From Enoplolaimus lenunculus (Eukaryota), in the NCBI GenBank assembly GCA_030248215.1, contig JASANG010002792.1:607673-627672 (forward strand): 20,000 bases of DNA, given 5' to 3'. A program made the translations under genes and the position numbers. Of this stretch, positions 10,563-20,000 are shown piece after piece. Positions within the stretch are counted from its first letter, which is position 1. Each line of letters starts with the position of its first letter. The notes beneath the pieces were generated by a model. That model saw only the letters and a program-made list of their open reading frames with translations, had not been told where the DNA came from and searched no databases.

Positions 10563-13500
10563 GTAATACAGTGTAAAGATTAAGGGTTGCGCTATACTCA
10601 CCGTGCGCTGTTGGAAGCCGGCGCGCGGCACGGTAATTTGGGCGGACACCGCCGCTGGACGCCGCTGGACGTCGACGTCCGGCTTAGTAAACTATAATGC
10701 GACCTTAATTCCTTTGAGAACCGCGTTTTAAGTACAGAAATTAAATGCTTTTTAGTTAAGCCTTTTGTACAGCGGTCAGCCCGCAAAAGCTTCGTGTTAC
10801 GTGTTATTCCAAACCTCAAAATTATGTCATTACCTATTTAACAAGTAAACACCGGCCCAAGTTCGAAGTCGAATTTTACCAACACCATTGTGGTTCAGCA
10901 ACATTTGATTTCGTTGAATGTTGAAGCGAAATGGAATTTTGCTTTTAACTGCCTGCGAAGGCAAATTTGTTTGCAGTCGGACAAAATGGGTTCGTTTTGT
11001 TGCACTTGAAATGTTTGTTGAATTTTAATTTGCACTCGTTTACTTCGAATTTCTACCAACAAAAAGTCACCCACACTCGTTTATTTTAACCAATGTTCAC
11101 GAATCAAATGAATGTAGGACCGATCAGCAGTTGACGATAGGTTCTGTTAATTTCGAACCAGTCAATGAAGAACTTAAAAATGAGGCTGGTTTTGCAATTT
11201 GATTGGTCATACTTGTGGGCCAAGTTTGAAGCATTTATAGTTGCTTCAGTTTGCTTGTTTGAAAACCCTATTGCTAACTGTTGGGAGGTACACATCTACT
11301 AATACGGTCTTTGATGTTAAATACTAGTGTGGCAGAGTAAACAAGTGCCTTTTTTGAGAAAATATTTGTTTGTTGTGTGGGGAAAGTGTCTCTTAGGCTC
11401 AACCTCTGAAAAAACTTCGGCCCCTTAGAAAATGTTCAACCTTGCTTTTAAGTCATTACAAACCATTTTGTATGTAACTCCTGAAAAAAATTAAACCCCG
11501 CCCCCCCAAGCAAAATGGGCTCGCTACGAGCCCGCTTTGTAAACAGTACAGTATTGCTTTAAATTTAAGACGATTCACTCAGCCACTTGCTGCACGTGCC
11601 AAACGTGTTCATGCAACAGATTTCATGGAGTCGTTTATTAGTAAAAACAAAGAATCACATGCTGAGAGATATCCTAATATTACGTTTGAAGTTGGAAATT
11701 GTGTCGATATGGAAATTTCTAAAAATAGGTAAAAAGGGGTTGTTTCACTAATTGCCATTGAAACAAGATTCGGTGCAAAATCATGCTGTCGTCAAGGGCT
11801 GTTTCTGAACTATTTGTAGTGTCATAAAATAAATTTTGCTTTTGAAATGTCTTCGACTTGTTTAGCATGCCGGTACAAATAATCCACAGTAAAATAGCAG
11901 GATGCAACAGATGGAAAACTTAACCAAATGTTCTCAAAAATTATTTAATTATTTGGTTACAGTTACTTTTTTGAGAGTTGGGCAATTAAAGTTTCAAAAC
12001 ATGTATTTTATAGATATTTTGTACATATATTATGTATATATTGTATATACTAGGTAGCCGATGTTGTGCAATGCGCAAAAGTTAGCAAATGCACAAACAT
12101 TTTCATGCAGGTTTTCTTTTCATAGAACGATTACGCTTACGTTTTAAGAATTCATTGTAAGCAAAGTAATGCTGGAACGTTGCCCAAAATACGTATGTGG
12201 GGCATTCCAGCTTTAATATACTGATTAATGTATATAAATATATTTATTTTCGTTTTGAAATAATTTTGCGTTAATATTTCAGTTACGATTTGGTTTTTTC
12301 CAACTGGCTTTTAATGTATTTGTCTGACCATCAAATTGCATCACTGCTCCTCAATATCGTGCGTTGGTTAACGCCAGGTGGATACTTGTTGCTAAGAGAA
12401 TCTTGCACAGATTCGTCAAGTATGTAAACCCGTAGCTTAGCCCAGCTTTTTAGAGCTTTAGTAATTGCTATAGTAATTTTAGAAGGAACATCGTGGAATT
12501 TTGCAAAATTCACAAACAGGGCCAAAATTCTTGTCAAGCGGCCTAAATTTATCTCCAGGTGTGATAGGTGTGATTCTACCTGTCAGTTGCTTCCAACTAG
12601 TTGGCTAGAAAACACTTTGCGAGCATCAAATGAATCTTATATATCATACAATTTTCAGCCCGGTATAACTTGTGGAAGGGGTACATCCTCGTCATACCTC
12701 CCTAGATACATCGTTGTTGTTATGGTTCTTGTGTACGTTTTTCAGCACGCAACAAATCAACTGATATTTCCGAGAATCCAACCAATTATCGCCACGTGTA
12801 CCAGTATTTACAACTGCTGAACTGTATCGGTTACAAAGACGATAAGTCCGACACACTTTGGACGTTTCAAATATTATGGTCGAAATCTATAAACACTTAT
12901 ATTCGAGTATGAGTTATGTTTTCATAAAAATGGCTGTAGTATGCATTGGGAGTTTGTATAACCGTTTATATGTGATCTTATAAATATTCAAGAGCCGTTT
13001 CTTTTGTCACGAATGTCATTCGCTTTACTAAATCAAAGTAGTTGCAGTCCGAATGGGATGTGAATAAAGATTTTTTACCCGACTCGCACTTTGCCTACGC
13101 AAACAATAATTTCATACCCACGGGTATACCCGCGCAAAAAAGATCTAACCACGACCCGCCTTTTACCCGCACCTGAAGTTACACCAGTATTTTAATGATC
13201 ACACGTGATTTGCACGTTAATGAAGTATTTCGGCTTACCGCTCAAATGAATTTTACGCATGAAAGCGTACTAGAAACAACAAAACTTCAAACATAACAAA
13301 ATAAAGCAATAAAGCACGGGTAGCACCTGACGGGTATACCCGCGCGTCAAATTCTTTACCCGACCCGCGTTTACCCGCGGGTAATGTCTCACTCTGGTTG
13401 CCATATTTGGACATCTAATTCGCCTTTGTGAAAAACTATTATCTGTATCTATTTATTAGTTATTATGTTTCTAACGTGGACACTTAGTTGAAACAATACT

Positions 13501-14534
13501 TAAATTGCGTTAACGATCTAGCATTGTTCAAAAATTACAATTTCAAATCAATTTAACTTTCTACTAAAATCAAAAGAAACATGCAATGGGTAATGCAAAA
13601 AAATTTATCCTATCCAGGTCAAACACAATTGGAGACAGTGTCAAATGTTGGTCAAGAAAGTTCCTATGACAGCTGTATCCGGTTCGCTTACGGTTGCTAC
13701 CGTTGATGCTCTCCAGACTATGCTCGACGAAAGTGGTACCAGACATGCGACCCTGCGTGGGTGGCTGACAAAAACTTTGGCAAACAAATCTCGCCCTGAT
13801 CGAGAGCAGAGATTAATAAAGGTTTGTGATGGAGTTGAAGCTGCTAACGTTTGATGTGCGTACAATGCTAAAGTGTAATTCTGACGCAATATTTGTTATG
13901 GTTCAGATGGGGTTATACTCGCCGCTTGGTGCCACACGCTGCCGCGCAGACGCCTTGTGTCGTGTCAAAAACTAAATTTTGAAGCAAAATACACGGTAAA
14001 CCGGACGTCTACGGCGCGAAACATTTAACACAGCATGTTTGAACGTTTAGTTTGTGGGTATGCGCGATGTAGATTGTGTATGTGCAGAGTGCGTAATGTT
14101 AAGACACAAACATACTAATGCGCATATAGCACCAGAGTAAATTACGATATCGGCCGCGTGGTGTAATGGGTAGCGCGCTTGACTCGCGCGCGAGAGTTCC
14201 GAGGTTCGATTCCCGGCGTGGCCATATGTCTCGGAGAAATTTAGGGGGAAAACCATGTATATTTACAGTACTTCGAGGAAAGGGGTAGTCCCGACCATGC
14301 AGTTCCGACATCAACTTTTATAATTCAAATTGCCTTTATGCTTTTTTCGTTGCATTTGTTTAAGTTTGAAATATTAAAATATAAGGCTTACTTGAAGAGA
14401 TATATTGGCGTTTAGGTATGCAAAGTAGACGTGTAACTTTTTAGGAACTTTCGGATATCAAACGACCATTCAGTGGAAGACTTACGTTGCTAAATTTGAG
14501 TCCGACAGATTTGAACCCGTTCAACGTTGCTCAG
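10381..14534 (+). CDS. pmt-1: Phosphoethanolamine N-methyltransferase, nematode PMT-1 type; spliced, 3'-partial: join(10381..10562,11570..11728,12283..12419,12746..12906,13618..13821,14445..14534)
   Basis: Joined exons give a stop-free 311-aa frame: MASEQHVYEFWTEQSKSATVETMMLNPNAKSIDDADRMDVLDGLPPAIETMRVLELGAGIG/RFTQPLAARAKRVHATDFMESFISKNKESH...FEVGNCVDMEISKNS/YDLVFSNWLLMYLSD...RWLTPGGYLLLRESCTDSST/RNKSTDISENPTNYR...WTFQILWSKSINTYIR/VKHNWRQCQMLVKKVP.... It carries the PEAMT hallmarks: SAM motif I VLELGAGIGRFT, FSNWLLMYLSD, RESC and NPTxYR. The TYIR..NWRQ....KKVP segment matches nematode PMT-1 as I recall it. All introns are GT-AG with consistent phases (2,2,1,0,0). Confidence 0.93.
10584..10705. 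mobile_element. PIF/Harbinger (Tourist-like) MITE, 122 bp, in pmt-1 intron 1
   Basis: TAA|GGGTTGCGCTATAC ... CTATAATGCGACCT|TAA: imperfect 14-bp TIRs (9/14 match), TAA target-site duplication and a GC-rich interior. Confidence 0.55.
11396..11534. mobile_element. Partial second copy of the 8808-8973 MITE in pmt-1 intron 1
   Basis: GGCTCAACCT..CTGAAA..GCCCC..GAAAATGTTCAACC..CTCCTGAAAAA..GCCCC..GCTACGAGCCCG is collinear with 8836-8973. Confidence 0.6.
11570..11728 (+). CDS. pmt-1: pmt-1 exon 2
   Basis: Acceptor tttaag|A. Encodes RFTQPLAARAKRVHATDFMESFISKNKESHAERYPNITFEVGNCVDMEISKN. Donor AG|gtaaaa. Confidence 0.93.
12283..12419 (+). CDS. pmt-1: pmt-1 exon 3
   Basis: Acceptor tttcag|T. Encodes YDLVFSNWLLMYLSDHQIASLLLNIVRWLTPGGYLLLRESCTDSS. 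Donor A|gtatgt. Confidence 0.95.
12746..12906 (+). CDS. pmt-1: pmt-1 exon 4
   Basis: Acceptor ttttcag|CA. Encodes RNKSTDISENPTNYRHVYQYLQLLNCIGYKDDKSDTLWTFQILWSKSINTYIR. Donor CGA|gtatga. Confidence 0.93.
13045..13396 (+). mobile_element. ACCCG-rich non-autonomous DNA element (hAT-like MITE), copy 2, in pmt-1 intron 4
   Basis: Many ACCCG/CGGGT subterminal motifs, CGGGTATACCCG palindromes at ~13121 and ~13331, and a 3' end TTACCCGCGGGTAATGTCTCACTCTG. Homologous to 3191-3310. Confidence 0.6.
13618..13821 (+). CDS. pmt-1: pmt-1 exon 5
   Basis: Acceptor tatccag|GTC. Encodes VKHNWRQCQMLVKKVPMTAVSGSLTVATVDALQTMLDESGTRHATLRGWLTKTLANKSRPDREQRLIK. Probable donor AAG|gtttgt; the 3' boundary is less certain. 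Confidence 0.85.
14152..14224 (+). tRNA. tRNA-like element (CGC anticodon, Ala-like); probable tRNA pseudogene or tRNA-derived SINE head in pmt-1 intron 5
   Basis: Acceptor stem GGCCGCG/CGTGGCC plus discriminator A; A box TGGTGTAATGG; B box GGTTCGATTCC; D stem GTGT/GCGC; anticodon loop CT-CGC-GC. The anticodon stem has an A.G mismatch, the T stem has a bulge, and there is no G3:U70 Ala identity pair. Confidence 0.7.
14445..14534 (+). CDS. pmt-1: pmt-1 probable exon 6 (start of the degenerate second domain)
   Basis: Acceptor tttttag|GAA, 90 nt, phase 0-0, open: ELSDIKRPFSGRLTLLNLSPTDLNPFNVAQ. Donor CAG|gtatat. Sequence similarity is weak, so the call rests mostly on splice signals and phase. 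Confidence 0.65.
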
Positions 14535-14789
14535 GTATATAATGTCTACTAATGTTTATTTGACGCGTATGTTAAGTCTTACCCTTATCAGTTATCCTTG
14601 TGCATTCAAGATATTCTTGTTAAAGCTGCGATATCTTGTTCACTTCTTTCTACTGTTTTTGAATTTTCAAATATTAGCAAAATTTATAATAGAGACTTAG
14701 GTTTAAGTTTGCTGAAGAAAAGTGTACAAGAGCCAAGCTGTATTAACTGCCAAATATGATAACAGTAATTTTATTTTTGAACTTATGCG

Positions 14790-17700
14790 CCAAAATTTGC
14801 TTGATCAGATTGAGTTTCATCAAAACCGAATGCCAAATTTTGATTGATCAGATTGAGTTTTGCCAAAACCGGATGCTAAACCTTGATTGATCAGATTGAG
14901 TTTTGCCAAAACCGGATGCTAAACCTTGATTGATCAGATTGAGTTTTGCCAAAACCGGATGCTAAACCTTGATTGATCAGATTGAGTTTCACCAAAACCG
15001 GATGCCAAATTTTGATTGATCAGATTGAGTTTCACCAAAACCGGATGCCAGACTTTGATTGATCAGATTGAGTTTCACCAAAACCGAATGCCATATTTTG
15101 ATTGATCAGATTGAGTTTCACCAAAACCGGATGCCAAATTTTGATTGATCAGATTGAGTTTCACCAAAACCGAATGCCAAATTTTGATTGATCAGATTGA
15201 GTTTTGCCAAAACCGGATGCTAAACCTTGATTGATCAGATTGAGTTTCGCCAAAACTGGATTCCAAACTTTGATTGATCAGATTGAGTTTCACCAAAACC
15301 GGATGCCAAACTTTGATTGATCAGATTGAGTTTCACCAAAACCGGATGCCAAACTTTGATTGATCAGATTGAGTTTCACCAAAACCGGATGCCAAACTTT
15401 GATTGATCAGATTGAGTTTCACCAAAACCGGATGCCAAACTTTGATTGATCAGATTGAGTTTCACCAAACCCCCACCCAACCCAAACAATAACCCACCAA
15501 AAAACCGGATGCCAAACTTTGATTGATCAGATTGAGTTTCACCAAAACCGGATGCCAAACTTTGATTGATCAGATTGAGTTTCACCAAAACCGGATGCCA
15601 AACTTTGATTGATCAGATTGAGTTTCACCAAAACCGGATGCCAAACTTTGATTGATCAGATTGAGTTTCACCAAAACCGGATGCCAAACTTTGATTGATC
15701 AGATTGAGTTTCACCAAAACCGGATGCCAAACTTTGATTGATCAGATTGAGTTTCACCAAAACCGGATGCCAAACTTTGATTGATCAGATTGAGTTTCAC
15801 CAAAACCGGATGCCAAACTTTGATTGATCAGATTGAGTTCACCAAAACCGGATGCCAAACTTTGATTGATCAGATTGAGTTTCACCAAAACCGGATGCCA
15901 AACTTTGATTGATCAGATTGAGTTTCACCAAAACCGGATGCCAAACTTTGATTGATCAGATTGAGTTTCACCAAAACCGGATGCCAAACTTTGATTGATC
16001 AGATTGAGTTCACCAAAACCGGATGCCAAACTTTGATTGATCAGATTGAGTTTCACCAAAACCGGATGCCAAACTTTGATTGATCAGATTGAGTTTCACC
16101 AAAACCGGATGCCAAACTTTGATTGATCAGATTGAGTTTCACCAAAACCGGATGCCAAACTTTGATTGATCAGATTGAGTTTCACCACAGATTGAGTTTC
16201 ACCAAAACCGGATGCCAAACTTTGATTGATCAGATTGAGTTTCACCAAAACCGGATGCCAAACTTTGATTGATCAGATTGAGTTTCACCAAAACCGGATG
16301 CCAAACTTTGATTGATCAGATTGAGTTTCACCAAAACCGGATGCCAAACTTTGATTGATCAGATTGAGTTTCACCAAAACCGGATGCCAAACTTTGATTG
16401 ATCAGATTGAGTTTCACCAAAACCGGATGCCAAACTTTGATTGATCAGATTGAGTTTCACCAAAACCGGATGCCAAACTTTGATTGATCAGATTGAGTTT
16501 CACCAAAACCGGATGCCAAACTTTGATTGATCAGATTGAGTTTCACCAAAACCGGATGCCAAACTTTGATTGATCAGATTGAGTTTCACCAAAACCGGAT
16601 GCCAAACTTTGATGTGATCAGATTGCGTTTCACCAAAACCGGATGCCAAACTTTACAAAGCACCAAAACCGGATGCCAACTATTGATCAGATTGAGTTTC
16701 ACCAAAAAGGACCAAACTTGATTGATCAGATTGAGTTTCACCAAAACCGGATGCCAAACTTTGATTGATCAGATTGAGTTTCACCAAAACCGGATGCCAA
16801 ACTTTGATTGATCAGATTGAGTTTCACCAAAACCGGATGCCAAACTTTGATTGATCAGATTGAGTTTCCACCAAACCCACTCAACTTTATTATCAGATTG
16901 GTTTCACCGAAACCGGATGCCAAACCTAAATTGATCAGGATTGAGCCCCCCAAACCGATGCAAAGCTTTATATCCTTTTCACCAAAACCGGATGCCAAAC
17001 TTTGATTGATCAGATTGAGTTTCACCAAAACCGGATGCCAAACTTTGATTGATCAGATTGAGTTTCACCAAAACCGGATGCCAAACTTTGATTGATCAGA
17101 TTGAGTTTCACCAAAACCGGATGCCAAACTTTGATTGATCAGATTGAGTTTCACCAAAACCGGATGCCAAACTTTGATTGATCAGATTGAGTTTCACCAA
17201 AACCGGATGCCAAACTTTGATTGATCAGATTGAGTTTCACCAAAACCGGATGCCAAACTTTAGTCTTTCAGATTGTTTGACGTAAACGGGATCCCACACT
17301 TTGATTGATCAGATTGAGTTTCACCAAAACCGGATGCCAAACTTTGATTGATCAGATTGAGTTTCACCAAAACCGGATGCCAAACTTTGATTGATCAGAT
17401 TGAGTTTCACCAAAACCGGATGCCAAACTTTGATTGATCAGATTGAGTTTCACCAAAACCGGATGCCAAACTTTGATTGATCAGATTGAGTTTCACCAAA
17501 ACCGGATGCCAAACTTTGATTGATCAGATTGAGTTTCACCAAAACCGGATGCCAAACTTTGATTGATCAGATTGAGTTTCACCAAAACCGAATGCCAAAT
17601 TTTGATTGATCAGATTGAGTTTCACCAAAACCGGATGCCAAACTTTGATTGATCAGATTGAGTTTCACCAAAACCGGATGCCAAACTTTGATTGATCAGA

Positions 17701-20000
17701 TTGAGTTTCACCAAAACCGGATGCCAAACTTTGATTGATCAGATTGAGTTTCACCAAAACCGGATGCCAAACTTTGATTGATCAGATTGAGTTTCACCAA
17801 AACCGGATGCCAAACTTTGATTGATCAGATTGAGTTTCACCAAAACCGGATGCCAAACTTTGATTGATCAGATTGAGTTTCACCAAAACCGGATGCCAAA
17901 CTTTGATTGATCAGATTGAGTTTCACCAAAACCGGATGCCAAACTTTGATTGATCAGATTGAGTTTCACCAAAACCGGATGCCAAACTTTGATTGATCAG
18001 ATTCAGTTTCACCAAAACCGGATGCCAAACTTTTTCGTTCCCCCGCCCGCGGGCCCGCCGCCGGTCGGGCCCAACCGTGCCACGTGTCGTGCCAAACCGG
18101 AATCCCAAACTTTGATTGATAGATTGAGTTTCACCAAAACCGGATGCCAAACTTTGATTGATCAGATTGAGTTTCACCAAAACCGGATGCCAAACTTTGA
18201 TTGATCAGATTGAGTTTCACCAAAACCGGATGCCAAACTTTGATTGATCAGATTGAGTTTCACCAAAACCGAATGCCAAATTTTGATTGATCAGATTGAG
18301 TTTCACCAAAACCGAATGCCAAATTTTGATTGATCAGATTGAGTTTCACCAAAACCGGATGCCAAACTTTGATTGATCAGATTGAGTTTCACCAAAACCG
18401 GATGCCAAACTTTGATTGATCAGATTGAGTTTCACCAACCGGATGCCCCCAAAACCGGATGCCAAACCTTTATTGCTCAGATTGAGTTTCACCCACACCG
18501 GATGCCAAACTTTGATTGATCAGATTGAGTTTCACCAAAACCGGATGCCAAACTTTGATTGATCAGATTGAGTTTCACCAAAACCGGATGCCAAACTTTG
18601 ATTGATCAGATTGAGTTTCACCAAAACCGGATGCCAAACTTTGATTGATCAGATTGAGTTTCACCAAAACCGGATGCCAAACTTTGATTGATCAGATTGA
18701 GTTTCACCAAAACCGGATGCCAAACTTTGATTGATCAGATTGAGTTTCACCAAAACCGGATGCCAAACTTTGATTGATCAGATTGAGTTTCACCAAAACC
18801 GGATGCCAAACTTTGATTGATCAGATTGAGTTTCACCAAAACCGGATGCCAAACTTTGATTGATCAGATTGAGTTTCACCAAAACCGGATGCCAAACTTT
18901 GATTGATCAGATTGAGTTTCACCAAAACCGGATGCCAAACTTTGATTGATCAGATTGAGTTTCACCAAAACCGGATGCCAAAATTTGATTGATCAGATTG
19001 AGTTTCACCAAAACCGGATGCCAAACTTTGATTGATCAGATTGAGTTTCACCAAAACCGGATGCCAAACTTTGATTGATCAGATTGAGTTTCACCAAAAC
19101 CGGATGCCAAACTTTGATTGATCAGATTGAGTTTCACCAAAACCGGATGCCAAACTTTGATTGATCATATGCGTTTACCAAAACCGGATGCCAACCTATG
19201 ATTGATCAGATTGAGTTTCACCACAACAGGATCCAAATCTTTGATTGATCAGATTGAGTTTCACCAAAACCGGATGCCAAACTTTGATTGATCAGATTGA
19301 GTTTCACCAAAACCGGATGCCAAACTTTGACTGATCAGACTGAGTTTCACCAAAACCGGATGCCAAACTTTGATTGATCAGATTGAGTTTCACCAAAACC
19401 GGATGCCAAACTTTGATTGATCAGATTGAGTTTCACCAAAACCGGATGCCAAACTTTGATTGATCAGATTGAGTTTCACCAAAACCGGATGCCAAACTTT
19501 GATTGATAAGATTGAGTTTGAACAAAACCGGTTGCCAAAGTGTGATTGTTCAGATTGAGTTTCACCAAAACCGGATGCCAAACTTTGATTGATCAGATTG
19601 AGTTTCACCAAAACCGGATGCCAAACTTTGATTGATCAGATTGAGTTTCACCAAAACCGGATGCCAAACTTTGATTGATCAGATTGAGTTTCACCAAAAC
19701 CGGATGCCAAACTTTGATTGATCAGATTGAGTTTCACCAAAACCGGATGCCAAACTTTGATTGATCAGATTGAGTTTCACCAAAACCGGATGCCAAACTT
19801 TGATTGTCAGTTGAGTTTCACGGAAACCGGATGCCAAACTTTGATTGATCAGATTGAGTTTCACCAAAACCGGATGCCAAACTTTGATTGATCAGATTAA
19901 GCTTCACCAAAACCGGATGCCAAATTTTGATTGATCAGATTGAGTTTCACCAAAACCGGATGCCAAACTTTGATTGATCAGATTGAGTTTCACCAAAACC
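14790..20000. repeat. 43-bp tandem satellite array, about 120 copies, running off the window end
   Basis: Consensus CACCAAAACCGGATGCCAAACTTTGATTGATCAGATTGAGTTT repeated head-to-tail without spacers (e.g. unit starts at 15291 and 15334). Variant monomers sit at the left edge, and noisy patches are scattered through the array. Confidence 0.99.

Noticed and set aside
13822..13854. Gene ending by read-through of exon 5 to the TGA at 13852-13854
   Set aside because: A good AAG|gtttgt donor and an in-phase downstream exon make splicing more likely. The read-through product would be much shorter than known PMT-1 proteins, though it is not formally excluded.
18031..18100. GC-rich 'insert' in the satellite, and similar patches at ~15470-15503, 16610-16720, 16868-16980, 17260-17300, 18440-18500, 19165-19240, 19500-19550
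   Set aside because: The patches roughly preserve unit phase, retain ghost matches to the monomer and never recur. This is most consistent with long-read base-calling or consensus error rather than spacers or real insertions; raw reads are needed to confirm.
14790..20000. CRISPR array or repeat-encoded protein
   Set aside because: The units are head-to-tail with no unique spacers and no cas genes nearby. The consensus hits stop codons on both strands about every two units, and the listed ORFs arise only at noisy patches.

Overview
Eukaryotic, AT-rich, repeat-dense genomic window, most likely from a nematode. The evidence is a PMT-1-type gene, TTAGGC-like tracts and TTTCAG-type acceptors; the taxon is an inference. 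The only supportable gene is a spliced + strand phosphoethanolamine N-methyltransferase (nematode pmt-1 type). I reconstructed six exons from 10381 to 14534 (933 nt, 311 aa, all GT-AG and in phase); the gene is 3'-incomplete. After exon 6, a homogeneous 43-bp tandem satellite (~14790 to the window end, roughly 120 copies) fills the rest of the window. The first 10 kb and the introns hold several MITE-like non-autonomous elements, minisatellites, a composite element built around degenerate telomere-like (GCCTAA/ACCTAA) repeats, three tRNA-like Pol III cassettes and a decayed LINE reverse-transcriptase fragment. There is no CRISPR array or prokaryotic system. All homology calls come from motifs recognised by eye, not from database searches.
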